From the IMG/VR virus record IMGVR_UViG_3300020185_000031, positions 1-64,000 of that record: 64,000 nt of DNA; one strand, 5' to 3'. The notes beneath the pieces were generated by a model. That model saw nothing but the letters and a program-made list of their open reading frames with translations, was not told the origin of the DNA and searched no databases. This stretch comes from an uncultured virus (IMG/VR IMGVR_UViG_3300020185_000031). Its lineage: Duplodnaviria > Heunggongvirae > Uroviricota > Caudoviricetes. Shown in pieces: positions 1 through 8,563 of the stretch. The translations under genes were made by a program, and so were the position numbers. Every line of letters starts with the position of its first letter. The stretch's first letter is position 1.

Positions 1-245
1 GGAGCACAAGGTAATACTGGAGCTACTGGAGCAAGAGGAGCACAAGGTAATACTGGAGCACAAGGTAATACTGGAGCTGCTGGATCAAATGGTTCAAATG
101 GTTCTAGAGGAGCACAAGGTAATACTGGAGCACAAGGTAATACTGGAGCTACTGGAGCAAGAGGAGCACAAGGTAATACTGGAGCACAAGGTAATACTGG
201 AGCTGCTGGATCAAATGGTTCAAATGGTTCTAGAGGAGCACAAGG
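1..245 (+). repeat. Coding tandem repeat (collagen triplets); exact 126-nt-period duplication
   Basis: Bases 1-119 are identical to 127-245, built from 9/18-nt units such as ggagcacaaggtaatact. Confidence 0.9.
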
Positions 246-909
246 AGCTGCTGGATCAAATGGTTCTACTGGTCCTGCTGGATCAACTTCATATACTGCA
301 GGAGCATATGATGATGGTACTTTATCGATAAGCTCAGGTTCTGCAGTATGGGAAGGAATCGCAGGTAATAATATGACACTTGGTCATATTACAACTACTG
401 GATATTTAGACTTTAGGCAGGAGATGAAATTCCGTAACCATGATGGTATTGAATATATTAGATTATATGACATGGAATATTGGTTAGGTAAAATGACAAT
501 GAACCTTGACGCATACAACGACAATAATGGTTTAGGTGAAGATGGTGGTAGTTGCGCATTAGCAGTTGACGCTGATTGGTTAGATGCTGCTATTAAATAT
601 TCAGGTAGACTTACTGGAGTATCTGATAGTAGATTTAAAACTCAAATCTTACCAATATCTAGTGCTATTGATAAAATAAAGGGTATTACTGGTTCTACGT
701 ATTATAGACTTAATAATGAACACAGACAAGCAGGTGTTATTGCACAGGACGTACTTACTGTATTGCCTGAAGCAGTAATTGAAGACGCAGAAACTACTAC
801 ACTTGCAGTTGACTATAACGCATTAATAGCGCTATCAATCCAAGCGATTAAAGAACAACAATTAATAATTGATAATCTTAAAGCAAGAATTGAAACTTTA
901 GAAAAATAA
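1..909 (+). CDS. Tail fibre (5'-truncated) with Gly-X-Y collagen-like repeat and C-terminal intramolecular chaperone (peptidase S74-like)
   Basis: Frame 1 reads [15 protein letters not shown]... from base 1 with no stop and continues in frame into the 373..909 ORF. That ORF has the SDSRFKT...GVIAQDV..VLPEAV...VDYNALIAL...AIKE signature of tail-fibre chaperone domains. Confidence 0.85.
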   Translation, partial: GAQGNTGATGARGAQGNTGAQGNTGAAGSNGSNGSRGAQGNTGAQGNTGATGARGAQGNTGAQGNTGAAGSNGSNGSRGAQGAAGSNGSTGPAGSTSYTAGAYDDGTLSISSGSAVWEGIAGNNMTLGHITTTGYLDFRQEMKFRNHDGIEYIRLYDMEYWLGKMTMNLDAYNDNNGLGEDGGSCALAVDADWLDAAIKYSGRLTGVSDSRFKTQILPISSAIDKIKGITGSTYYRLNNEHRQAGVIAQDVLTVLPEAVIEDAETTTLAVDYNALIALSIQAIKEQQLIIDNLKARIETLEK

Positions 910-935
910 AACATATAAAATATAAATATAAAAAA

Positions 936-1298
936 ATGGCTTTAACAAAAGATTTAACAAAATTTGGTGTAACATTCAAAAATGCGTATACTAGAATTTC
1001 TTCTACAAAATATGCGACCGAACTTAAAAAAGAAGTGGTACATAATGAATTGGATATGACGGACCCAAATAATCCAGTAGTAGTACCACCAACTATTACT
1101 TGGATTAATACAAAATTAGTAGAAGTAAACTATTCAACATATTCGAATTCTCAATCATTTACTAATAGAGAAGATTCTATTTCTCATGGTACTGTTTCCT
1201 TTTTAATTGAACCAGGAACAACTAGCATTGATATACTAACAATATCTTACAATCATTTAAAAACACTTCCGGAATTCACCGGAGCTGCTAACGCTTAA
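936..1298 (+). CDS. Tail-fibre-associated small protein
   Basis: MAL.K.....G.....AY.RI...Y.HLKTLPEF.GA pattern is typical of small genes following phage fibres. TATAAATA lies upstream at 921-928. Confidence 0.55.
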   Translation: MALTKDLTKFGVTFKNAYTRISSTKYATELKKEVVHNELDMTDPNNPVVVPPTITWINTKLVEVNYSTYSNSQSFTNREDSISHGTVSFLIEPGTTSIDILTISYNHLKTLPEFTGAANA

Positions 1299-1314
1299 TC
1301 TAATAAACTTAAAT

Positions 1315-1350
1315 AATGGGTCCCTAGTAATAGGGACCCATTTCTTTTTT
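1315..1350 (+). terminator. Intrinsic terminator
   Basis: Stem aatgggtcccta / tagggacccatt with a gtaa loop, followed by a T-tract. Confidence 0.9.
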
Positions 1351-1359
1351 ATTTAAATT

Positions 1360-1386
1360 AAACTTTTTAAAAAGTATTCATATAAT
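1360..1386 (+). promoter_or_regulatory. Class B promoter-like motif AAAC-N16-ATATAAT
   Basis: The same motif with identical 16-nt spacing occurs at 1360, 4696, 9268, 18766, 59597 and 59753, always upstream of genes. Confidence 0.7.
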
Positions 1387-1406
1387 ATGTTAAAGGATAT
1401 AGATAT

Positions 1407-1988
1407 ATGCAATATAATCAACCAAGCAACGACCCACAAAACTTTTTTTGGTATGAGCACGGATTTAGCAAAGAAGAATTAGATAAGATATATTCAGACA
1501 TAGATAATGTTCCATTTCATGTAGCTACCGTTGTAGGTTCTGATAAAGCAGCACCAAAGGAAATACGCAATTCTAAAATTAAATGGATTCCTAAAACAAG
1601 CAAATGGAATTGGCTATATACTAAATTAATAGATATGTCAACCACTGCTAATAAACTTTGGGGGTTTGATTTAATTTCAGCAGATGAACGAATACAATAT
1701 ACTGAATATCTAGCAGATGACGGAGGTCATTACACATGGCACCAAGATATTGGTCCAGGAAAAGCTTCTCTTCGTAAAATATCTATTACCGTTCAATTAT
1801 CAGAGTCTGATGAATACGAAGGAGGTGATTTGGAAATTTCTCAAGGAGGAAATTCAGTTATCAAAGCAAATAGAGGTGCTGGAGTTGTCATGATATTCCC
1901 AAGCTACATGATGCATAGAGTTACTCCAGTTACTAAAGGAAAACGTGTAAGTTTTGTTCTTTGGGTAGGAGGTCAACATTATAGATAA
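1407..1988 (+). CDS. 2OG-Fe(II) oxygenase (PKHD/prolyl-4-hydroxylase-like)
   Basis: Q.T.Y...GHY.WHQD ... RKISITVQLS...YEGG ... FPS...HRVTPV..GKR.S: HxD...H iron triad and 2OG-binding Arg. Confidence 0.9.
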   Translation: MQYNQPSNDPQNFFWYEHGFSKEELDKIYSDIDNVPFHVATVVGSDKAAPKEIRNSKIKWIPKTSKWNWLYTKLIDMSTTANKLWGFDLISADERIQYTEYLADDGGHYTWHQDIGPGKASLRKISITVQLSESDEYEGGDLEISQGGNSVIKANRGAGVVMIFPSYMMHRVTPVTKGKRVSFVLWVGGQHYR

Positions 1989-3016
1989 TGAATTTACTAA
2001 TATACACAGGATATTTTAAGGATTCTTGGGATCCGCAACACATAGAAAGCGTAGGAGGTACTGAAATTGCAGTAGTTCAAATTGCTAACATGCTTTCTAA
2101 GTTTGGATGGAATGTTGTAGTTAGTGGAGAAGTCAATGAAGGTACATGGAACGGAGTAAAATGGGTGCATACTAATAAATTACATAGTGACTATTTTAAT
2201 AAATTTGACGTAATCATTGGAGTTAGTTATATTCACTTCGTACTTGAGTTTAAAGAATATGAAGCTAAAAAAATATTTTGGGTACATAACACTGATTTTC
2301 ATCCTTGGTTTAAAGGCGTAGAAATAGAAGAGGCTGAATCCCTACTCACTTCTAATAACATAGATAGATTTATATGCTTAACTAATTGGCATAAAGAACA
2401 GTGGTCACAGAAGTACTCCCTTGACCCTAGCCGATTTAATGTAATCGGTAACGGAATTGATACTCAATCATTTATTGGGCATCCTCCTAAAATTAAAGGC
2501 AGATTTATTTGGAGTTCAGCACCTGAGCGTGGATTATCTGAACTTTTAGATAACTGGTCAAAAATTAAATCAATAATGCCAAGTGCTACTTTACATATTT
2601 ATTCTCCAGGATATCAACAAGCAACTAAAAAAAATTGGGGTAGAGAAGGTCTAGAAGGAGTTGAATTCAAAGGAACCGTTGGCCAACAAGAATTACATTA
2701 TGCTATGATGTGCTCTGAATACTGGCTGTATCTAACATCATATGAAGAGACATATTGTATTACTGCACTAGAGATGCAAATGGCGGGAGTAATTCCAATA
2801 GTAACCAATACTGCAGCGCTAAATGAAACCGTTAACTCTGGAATTATTTTACATGATAATAAAACAAAATGGCAAACCCTTCTTAATATATTAGTTAGAT
2901 TAAATTCAGGAATGAAGAAGAAGGTAATTATGTCTAATCAGAAATGGATTAAAAAACAGACATGGAACGAAAGATCTTATGATTGGAAAAAACTAATAGA
3001 AAATGAAACTAGATAA
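1988..3016 (+). CDS. Glycosyltransferase, GT4/GT-B fold
   Basis: GGTE N-terminal motif, IGNGID, SSAPERGL, ETYCITALE (Ex7E). Confidence 0.85.
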   Translation: MNLLIYTGYFKDSWDPQHIESVGGTEIAVVQIANMLSKFGWNVVVSGEVNEGTWNGVKWVHTNKLHSDYFNKFDVIIGVSYIHFVLEFKEYEAKKIFWVHNTDFHPWFKGVEIEEAESLLTSNNIDRFICLTNWHKEQWSQKYSLDPSRFNVIGNGIDTQSFIGHPPKIKGRFIWSSAPERGLSELLDNWSKIKSIMPSATLHIYSPGYQQATKKNWGREGLEGVEFKGTVGQQELHYAMMCSEYWLYLTSYEETYCITALEMQMAGVIPIVTNTAALNETVNSGIILHDNKTKWQTLLNILVRLNSGMKKKVIMSNQKWIKKQTWNERSYDWKKLIENETR

Positions 3017-4331
3017 AATTTACGTATTAGCTATTAATATCGATCAAAATAAAATTGATAGTATTGTTAGTAGATTAAAAGAGCTTGGAACTGTGAATGT
3101 TCCATATGAAATCGTTACCGGATTTAATGGTTATTTAGAGTCTATTCCTGAAGGAATGAGCACCTATGATAATTGGGCGATTCCTGATAGTTGGAACCAA
3201 TGGTGGAAAAATCCATTACATAGTGGAGAAATCGGATGCTCAATTGCACATCATTTACTTTGGAAGAAAATAAAGTCCGAGGGCTTTGAAAGAGTTCTAA
3301 TATTAGAAGAAGATTTTAAAGTATTAAAACATATCAATGAAATAAAAGAAGATGAGCTTGAGCTTGTCGAATGGGATATGTTATATCTTGGTAGATATTC
3401 ATTTGAAGATGGACTTACTAAAAGCATATCAGACAATTTGGCGATACCCGGATTATCTTATTGCACACATGCTTATGTAGTTACACAAAATGGAATAAAT
3501 CATTTGATTGATGGAGGTTTGCAAAATAATATAATTCCAATAGATGAATACATTCCAGCACTATATATGGAACATAGAAGATCAGATATTGCTAAAATAT
3601 TCTCACCTAGAATGAAGGCTATTTCAACAAAGGTAGATTTTATTGGCCAAACATCAAATGGTAATACAGAAACTGAACTATTAAAAATAAATCAAAATAA
3701 AGAAGATATGGAAGCTCCATACTATGAGATATTAGATGCGTCTGATTGGAGTGAATGGTTAAGCAAGTATGTTAATCAAACAATACAGCAACAGCAATGG
3801 GATCTATTAGTAGACGAATATCGAGACACTAGTATTTTTGAATTTCCATTATTTACTAAAAAGTTTTGTGATGAAGCAGTTGCTCTTTCAGAATCTATGA
3901 ATAAATGGACTATTGACAGACATAATGCTTATCCAACAAATGACGTACTTTTAGTAGATATAGGATTAAATGATATTTATAGCAGAGTACTCAGAGAAAT
4001 TGTATACCCAATGTGTATTCATCTTTGGGCGATAGAAGGTCCAGGATATGATACAATGTATAGTGAAAATTTCTTAGCACGATATACTACCGATAGGCAA
4101 TCGCACCTAGCGCTACATCACGACTTTAGTAATATAACAATGGTTGTTAAACTCAACGATGAATTTGATGGAGGAGGAACATGGTTTCCTAAATATAAAG
4201 TGCTATCTAATCCAAGTGATGTAGGAACCGCTACTCTACACCCAGGAATGTTAACACATCTACATGGCGCTAGACCAATTAATGCAGGTAAAAGATACAT
4301 CTGTGTTTCGTTCATGCGTAAAGAAAAATAA
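3003..4331 (+). CDS. Fusion: GT25/COLGALT-like glycosyltransferase + PLOD-like lysyl hydroxylase domain
   Basis: N-terminal: GEIGCSIAH..LW, LILEED, WDMLYLGR, YCTHAYVV, PIDEYIP. C-terminal: FPLFT..FC, YPTND, F.ARY...Q..L..HHD.S..T, GGGT.F, LHPG.LTH.H..RP...G.RYI.VSF, closely matching the PLOD catalytic domain. Confidence 0.85.
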   Translation: MKLDKIYVLAINIDQNKIDSIVSRLKELGTVNVPYEIVTGFNGYLESIPEGMSTYDNWAIPDSWNQWWKNPLHSGEIGCSIAHHLLWKKIKSEGFERVLILEEDFKVLKHINEIKEDELELVEWDMLYLGRYSFEDGLTKSISDNLAIPGLSYCTHAYVVTQNGINHLIDGGLQNNIIPIDEYIPALYMEHRRSDIAKIFSPRMKAISTKVDFIGQTSNGNTETELLKINQNKEDMEAPYYEILDASDWSEWLSKYVNQTIQQQQWDLLVDEYRDTSIFEFPLFTKKFCDEAVALSESMNKWTIDRHNAYPTNDVLLVDIGLNDIYSRVLREIVYPMCIHLWAIEGPGYDTMYSENFLARYTTDRQSHLALHHDFSNITMVVKLNDEFDGGGTWFPKYKVLSNPSDVGTATLHPGMLTHLHGARPINAGKRYICVSFMRKEK

Positions 4332-4356
4332 ATATATAAACTACTAAATAATAGAT

Positions 4357-4575
4357 ATGGGACACCCTAATATGAACTGCATGTACGTAAATGTATGGGT
4401 TCACAATATGCAAGTTGATGAATTATTTGACTTTTTAAATAATAGAATCGAAGATGCTCCGAGCTATTGGCACAATCATGTAGATACTCCGTTTTCAGTG
4501 TCAGGAGGATATGTTATGATAAGCTTACCATATGATTCATACTCCAATCTTAGATCACGTAGTGAAATTGAATAA
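4357..4575 (+). CDS. Hypothetical protein
   Basis: 72-aa ORF in operon-like spacing. Confidence 0.6.
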   Translation: MGHPNMNCMYVNVWVHNMQVDELFDFLNNRIEDAPSYWHNHVDTPFSVSGGYVMISLPYDSYSNLRSRSEIE

Positions 4576-4585
4576 AATAATAATT

Positions 4586-4690
4586 ATGAAAAAACAAGAA
4601 AGAATGAATTTCCTTTTAAATTATAAAGGTAAAAAATACAAATCCAATACATTAATCGGTATTATTTGGAAGTTTATTACTGAAAAGTAA
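4586..4690 (+). CDS. Small hypothetical protein (34 aa; not in ORF track)
   Basis: MKKQERMNFLLNYKGKKYKSNTLIGIIWKFITEK*, with an A-rich leader, fills the gap before the terminator. Confidence 0.5.
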   Translation: MKKQERMNFLLNYKGKKYKSNTLIGIIWKFITEK

Positions 4691-4695
4691 AACTG

Positions 4696-4722
4696 AAACT
4701 AAATTAAATATACTTATATAAT
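4696..4722 (+). promoter_or_regulatory. Class B promoter-like motif
   Basis: AAAC(4696-4699)-N16-ATATAAT(4716-4722). Confidence 0.7.
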
Positions 4723-4751
4723 AAAGCGTCTAACTTAGTTAGACGCTTTTT
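4723..4751 (+). terminator. Intrinsic terminator-like hairpin
   Basis: aaagcgtctaac-tta-gttagacgcttt followed by TT. Confidence 0.75.
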
Positions 4752-4770
4752 AAGTTTATAAGAAATAAAT

Positions 4771-5502
4771 ATGTACGAAGTTAGCGAATTAAAACAAATG
4801 GTCTTTATAGATATTGAGACCACTACTGGTAAAAAGACATATAATGATGTCATTTCAGAAAATCCAGCAATTGAACAATATTGGGATTTAAAATGTAAGC
4901 AATTAAAGGCAAGTGAACCTATTGAATTAGGAAATCTTGAAAATAATCAAATATATCCTAAAATGGCAGGATTATACCCAGAATGGGGTAAAATAGTTTG
5001 TATTTCAATTGGTCAAATTAAATTCGATGATGATGGTGATCCAGTATCGTTTAACGCTAAGTCATATTATAATGATAATGAACAAACACTACTAGAAGAA
5101 TTCACTGAGGTTTCACGTAAGATCATGTCGAAGTACCCTCAGATGAAGTGGGTTGGTCATAACATTAAGGGATTTGATTTACCATATATTATTAAAAGAT
5201 CTCTAATTAACGAAGTATCAGTACCAAAGGCATTCTATCTACATAAGCAAAAACCATGGGAAAACTGTCTACTAGACACACAAGATGTTTGGAAATTTGG
5301 AGGTTGGAATTCTGCTAAATTAGGTTTAATATCGGAAATATTAAATATACCAAGTCCAAAGCAGGATCTAGAAGGTAGCATGGTATCTCAAGTATATTGG
5401 GAAGGTGGAAACCTAGAAAGAATTAAAGATTACTGCGAACTTGATATTAAAGCTACTGCAAATATTCTGTTAAAAATGTCAAGTATACCTATTTTTGAGT
5501 AG
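4771..5502 (+). CDS. DEDDy 3'-5' exonuclease (PolB-exonuclease-related, stand-alone)
   Basis: ExoI DIET, ExoII HNIKGFDLPY, ExoIII YCELD. Confidence 0.85.
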   Translation: MYEVSELKQMVFIDIETTTGKKTYNDVISENPAIEQYWDLKCKQLKASEPIELGNLENNQIYPKMAGLYPEWGKIVCISIGQIKFDDDGDPVSFNAKSYYNDNEQTLLEEFTEVSRKIMSKYPQMKWVGHNIKGFDLPYIIKRSLINEVSVPKAFYLHKQKPWENCLLDTQDVWKFGGWNSAKLGLISEILNIPSPKQDLEGSMVSQVYWEGGNLERIKDYCELDIKATANILLKMSSIPIFE

Positions 5503-5531
5503 ATTCAATTTTAAATATATTACTATTTTTT

Positions 5532-5591
5532 AAAAATAATTCACCTAATATTTTTTTATGTCATTTTTTTTGTTTATATTTAACACATAAT
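5532..5591 (+). promoter_or_regulatory. Class A (early, host-sigma type) promoter repeat
   Basis: aaataattcac...tttttttatgtca...ttgtt TATATTTA ac..ataat; similar copies at about 10527, 10793 and 11987. Confidence 0.75.
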
Positions 5592-5623
5592 AAATAATTA
5601 GAAATAAAACTAACGAATAAACT

Positions 5624-5929
5624 ATGATGGACGATTTTAACTTTGATGAATGGGCTGGAAATTCACATGCTGATTTTAACTCTAATCTTCATGAATGGCA
5701 AGAAAAAATAATGATTAGTTCAATTGAATCTAACTTTAAGAAGATAAAAGAGAAGGGTATCGATGAGTTGCAACTTAGAACAATTTCATCTTCAGAAATT
5801 AAAGATTTACAAAACACTTTACAGATAATGATAGAACATTATAAAGAGTTAGAAGAGTATAGGAATTGTAAAATTATTTTTGATAACTTAGAAAAAATCA
5901 ACAAAGTACTCGGAAAACAGAATATTTAA
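5624..5929 (+). CDS. Hypothetical protein with C-terminal UVR-like motif
   Basis: MIEHYKELEEYRNCKII resembles the motifs in ORFs 7706 and 8284. Confidence 0.65.
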   Translation: MMDDFNFDEWAGNSHADFNSNLHEWQEKIMISSIESNFKKIKEKGIDELQLRTISSSEIKDLQNTLQIMIEHYKELEEYRNCKIIFDNLEKINKVLGKQNI

Positions 5930-5940
5930 TTTATAGTTAT

Positions 5941-5962
5941 ACAAAGGGTACCTTGTTTTTTT
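5941..5962 (+). terminator. Weak terminator
   Basis: acaaagg-gta-ccttgt followed by a T-run. Confidence 0.4.
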
Positions 5963-5976
5963 GATATATAATTAAT

Positions 5977-6675
5977 ATGAAACACATTAAACTATTTGAA
6001 GACTTTATTGTAGAAAAGAAATCGTATGCAAACTCCGCCTTTCTTTTCGGAGGATTCTTTACAGGAATTCAAAGAAAAGGTATTGGAAAGGCTGTAATAT
6101 CAGATTTATTTAAAAGCAATCCTAAAATAGAGAATCTATTACTATATACGCAAGATGATGCTATTGGTTTTTGGAAAAAAACAGGAGGTAATGTAGTATC
6201 GCAAGGAAATGATAAAAATGGAATACTACGTTATTTTGTACAAATAAATAGAAACGATGTAGATTCCAGCGTAGGCACTAAAGAGCTTGGGATATCTTAT
6301 AAAAATAAATCTACAAAAACATCTAAATTATCAAAAGGAGAATACGATATTAAAATGGGTAGACAGAAAATTGGATTCTTTTTTGTTAAAGATACAGGAA
6401 CAATAGAAGAGAACCCGATGGATATAATTATAGAATCTGTTACTGTAAATAAAGTAGAATGTGACAATTGTGGTTGGGAATGGAAGCTACAAGAGGGCGG
6501 TGAAGATGTATTTATTTGTCATACGTGTGGTCATGATAACTCACCTAAAATTGTAAAAGAATCTGAAGAAGATCCTAGACTAGCTAGGATCAGACATTTT
6601 AAAGGATCAGTACAGGATCTTAAAGATTTTGTGCAATCTAAGGTTGAAGAAACAAATTATAAAAAACCAATATAA
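5977..6675 (+). CDS. Tagged protein (MKHIKLFEDFIVE) with GNAT-like domain and Zn ribbon
   Basis: QRKGIG acetyl-CoA motif, AIGFWKKTG motif, CDNC...CHTC. GATATATA at 5963-5970. Confidence 0.65.
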   Translation: MKHIKLFEDFIVEKKSYANSAFLFGGFFTGIQRKGIGKAVISDLFKSNPKIENLLLYTQDDAIGFWKKTGGNVVSQGNDKNGILRYFVQINRNDVDSSVGTKELGISYKNKSTKTSKLSKGEYDIKMGRQKIGFFFVKDTGTIEENPMDIIIESVTVNKVECDNCGWEWKLQEGGEDVFICHTCGHDNSPKIVKESEEDPRLARIRHFKGSVQDLKDFVQSKVEETNYKKPI

Positions 6676-6691
6676 CTTTAAATAGATTAAA

Positions 6692-6910
6692 ATGGAAAAT
6701 AAAACAGCTACTGAAATACTGACCCAATTAAAAAGAATTGCCGAAGCTTTAGAAAAAAAGAACACTTTGTCTGAATCTACAATAAAGCGTAAAATTAGAT
6801 TAGAAAAACTAGAAGAAAGAAAACTTAGGCTTGATATTCTAGAATCTATTAAGCATGAAGATGCTAAAATAACCAATGACAACAGAGACTTTCCAATATC
6901 AGAAAAGTAA
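6692..6910 (+). CDS. Hypothetical basic coiled-coil protein
   Basis: 72-aa ORF; its stop overlaps the dnaJ-like start. Confidence 0.6.
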   Translation: MENKTATEILTQLKRIAEALEKKNTLSESTIKRKIRLEKLEERKLRLDILESIKHEDAKITNDNRDFPISEK

Positions 6911-7713
6911 TGAGTCATTATGATACATTAGGAGTTGACAAGAACGCAACTCAAAAAGATATCAAAAAAGCGTACCGCACGCTAAGTAAGAAACATCACC
7001 CAGATGTTGGAGGTGACGACTCTAAATTTAAAGATGTAGTATCTGCATATGAGATAGTAGGAGATCCTACGAAAAGACAGAATTACGACGCGCTACATGG
7101 TAGTCATGGCTTTTTTAATAGGCACAACAATGGAGCTGGTCAAAATAATTCAATGTCAGATATGTTTGACCAAATGTTTGGCAATCAATCTAGACAAGGG
7201 TCTCAAAAAGGACCTGACTATAGAATAGACATGCATATCTCCTTTGACGAAGCGTTTAGCGGAACTACAAAGGAATTTTCAGTTAACGGTAAAAACCTAT
7301 CTGTAAATTTTAAACCTGGTCTAAAAACAGGACAAAAGTTTAGATTAAAGGGAAAGGGAGGACAACATCCATATAATTCAGAACTTCCACATGGCGATGC
7401 TGTAATTAACGTACAGGTAATTAACGATGGTAGATTTATATTACAAGGAAACGATATCTGGGTAGAACATAGTCTTCCATGGTGGGAAATTATGACGGGT
7501 TCTAAAATAAAAACACTTACTCCTGAAGGTCAGATTTATGTAACTATAAATAAAGGTACTAAACCTGGATCTAACCTTAGAATAAAGGGAAAGGGATATC
7601 CAATATATAATACAGGAGATCGTGGTGATTTATTATGTAGAGTAAATGCATATTATCCTGAATTAAACGAAGCTCAACTTGAACTAATAGAACAAATAAA
7701 AGACAATGGATAG
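6910..7713 (+). CDS. dnaJ: DnaJ-class co-chaperone (type II, CbpA-like, no Zn finger)
   Basis: J domain (YDTLGV...IKKAYR.LSKKHHPD), G/F-rich linker, C-terminal GQKFRLKGKG and LRIKGKG..GDL repeats. Confidence 0.9.
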   Translation: MSHYDTLGVDKNATQKDIKKAYRTLSKKHHPDVGGDDSKFKDVVSAYEIVGDPTKRQNYDALHGSHGFFNRHNNGAGQNNSMSDMFDQMFGNQSRQGSQKGPDYRIDMHISFDEAFSGTTKEFSVNGKNLSVNFKPGLKTGQKFRLKGKGGQHPYNSELPHGDAVINVQVINDGRFILQGNDIWVEHSLPWWEIMTGSKIKTLTPEGQIYVTINKGTKPGSNLRIKGKGYPIYNTGDRGDLLCRVNAYYPELNEAQLELIEQIKDNG

Positions 7714-7981
7714 CTTCTTTTTTGAAAACTTTAGAGATACTCCATCAAACTGGGGGTTTAGTGCGATCATAAATGGATTGACCGATAAAAATACTACTTA
7801 TAATATAATATATGAGGCTATTATGAATCACCCATCATATATTATATTTTCTGAAGCTAAAACAGAGCACAAGGTTGCTGTAATTTTAAAGATGATTAAT
7901 CACTATGAATCTAGAGAAGATTATGAGAAGTGCGCAGAGTTACTTATAATAAAAAAACAATTGTTAAATAATATATGCTAA
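7706..7981 (+). CDS. Hypothetical protein with UVR-like motif
   Basis: MINHYESREDYEKCAELL. Confidence 0.7.
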   Translation: MDSFFFENFRDTPSNWGFSAIINGLTDKNTTYNIIYEAIMNHPSYIIFSEAKTEHKVAVILKMINHYESREDYEKCAELLIIKKQLLNNIC

Positions 7982-8163
7982 TAATTAAAGTAAGGCAAAA
8001 GGGTGGGATCGAAAGAGCTCTAAAAGAGTACAAATCAAAAATTGTTAAAACAAAACAAATTAAAAAGCTAAGAGAAGCTAAGGAATTTGAAAAACCTTCT
8101 CAAAAAAAGCGTAAACGACACGCAAAAGCAAGATACTTACAGAGCAAGTATAATAGCCTGTAA
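7975..8163 (+). CDS. rpsU: Ribosomal protein bS21 (phage-encoded)
   Basis: MLII.V.....IERALK.YK.K..KT.....LR....FEKPS..KR....KARYLQ, a Bacteroidota-type bS21 pattern. Confidence 0.9.
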   Translation: MLIIKVRQKGGIERALKEYKSKIVKTKQIKKLREAKEFEKPSQKKRKRHAKARYLQSKYNSL

Positions 8164-8283
8164 TCAAATATTATAAAATTATTTTATTGAAAATCTACCA
8201 CTAAAATCAACCGCTTAAAATATATATTAAGAAGCGACACGCATTCATAATACATGCAATGCTAGCAAAAAATATTAATAAGA

Positions 8284-8544
8284 ATGAGCGGATTTATATC
8301 AAACACAGACAAAGACAGTTTGATGAGAGCATCATACTATCAAATAACTAGGAATTTTACAAAAACTGTGAATCGCTTCATCGTGTTTAAAGACAACGAT
8401 AGACTTATAGAAATACCACATGGTATTAAACAAAGATCTAACTTTATAAAACTAATAATAGAATATTTTGAAGAATTAGAAGAATATGAGAAATGTAATA
8501 AACTAATGAAGCTAAAGGAACTTGTTATAATAGCAGGTGATTAA
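8284..8544 (+). CDS. Hypothetical protein with UVR-like motif
   Basis: LIIEYFEELEEYEKCNKL. Confidence 0.7.
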   Translation: MSGFISNTDKDSLMRASYYQITRNFTKTVNRFIVFKDNDRLIEIPHGIKQRSNFIKLIIEYFEELEEYEKCNKLMKLKELVIIAGD

Positions 8545-8563
8545 ATAAAAATGATTTAAATAC

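Noticed and set aside
89..331. 80-aa ORF with repeated EHKVIL units
   Set aside because: Out-of-frame shadow of the collagen repeat. The Gly-X-Y frame is open from base 1 to 909.
1407..4331. Eukaryotic giant virus origin suggested by PLOD/COLGALT similarity
   Set aside because: Bacterial-type terminators, overlapping operons, bS21/bS1 and contractile-tail genes indicate a bacteriophage.
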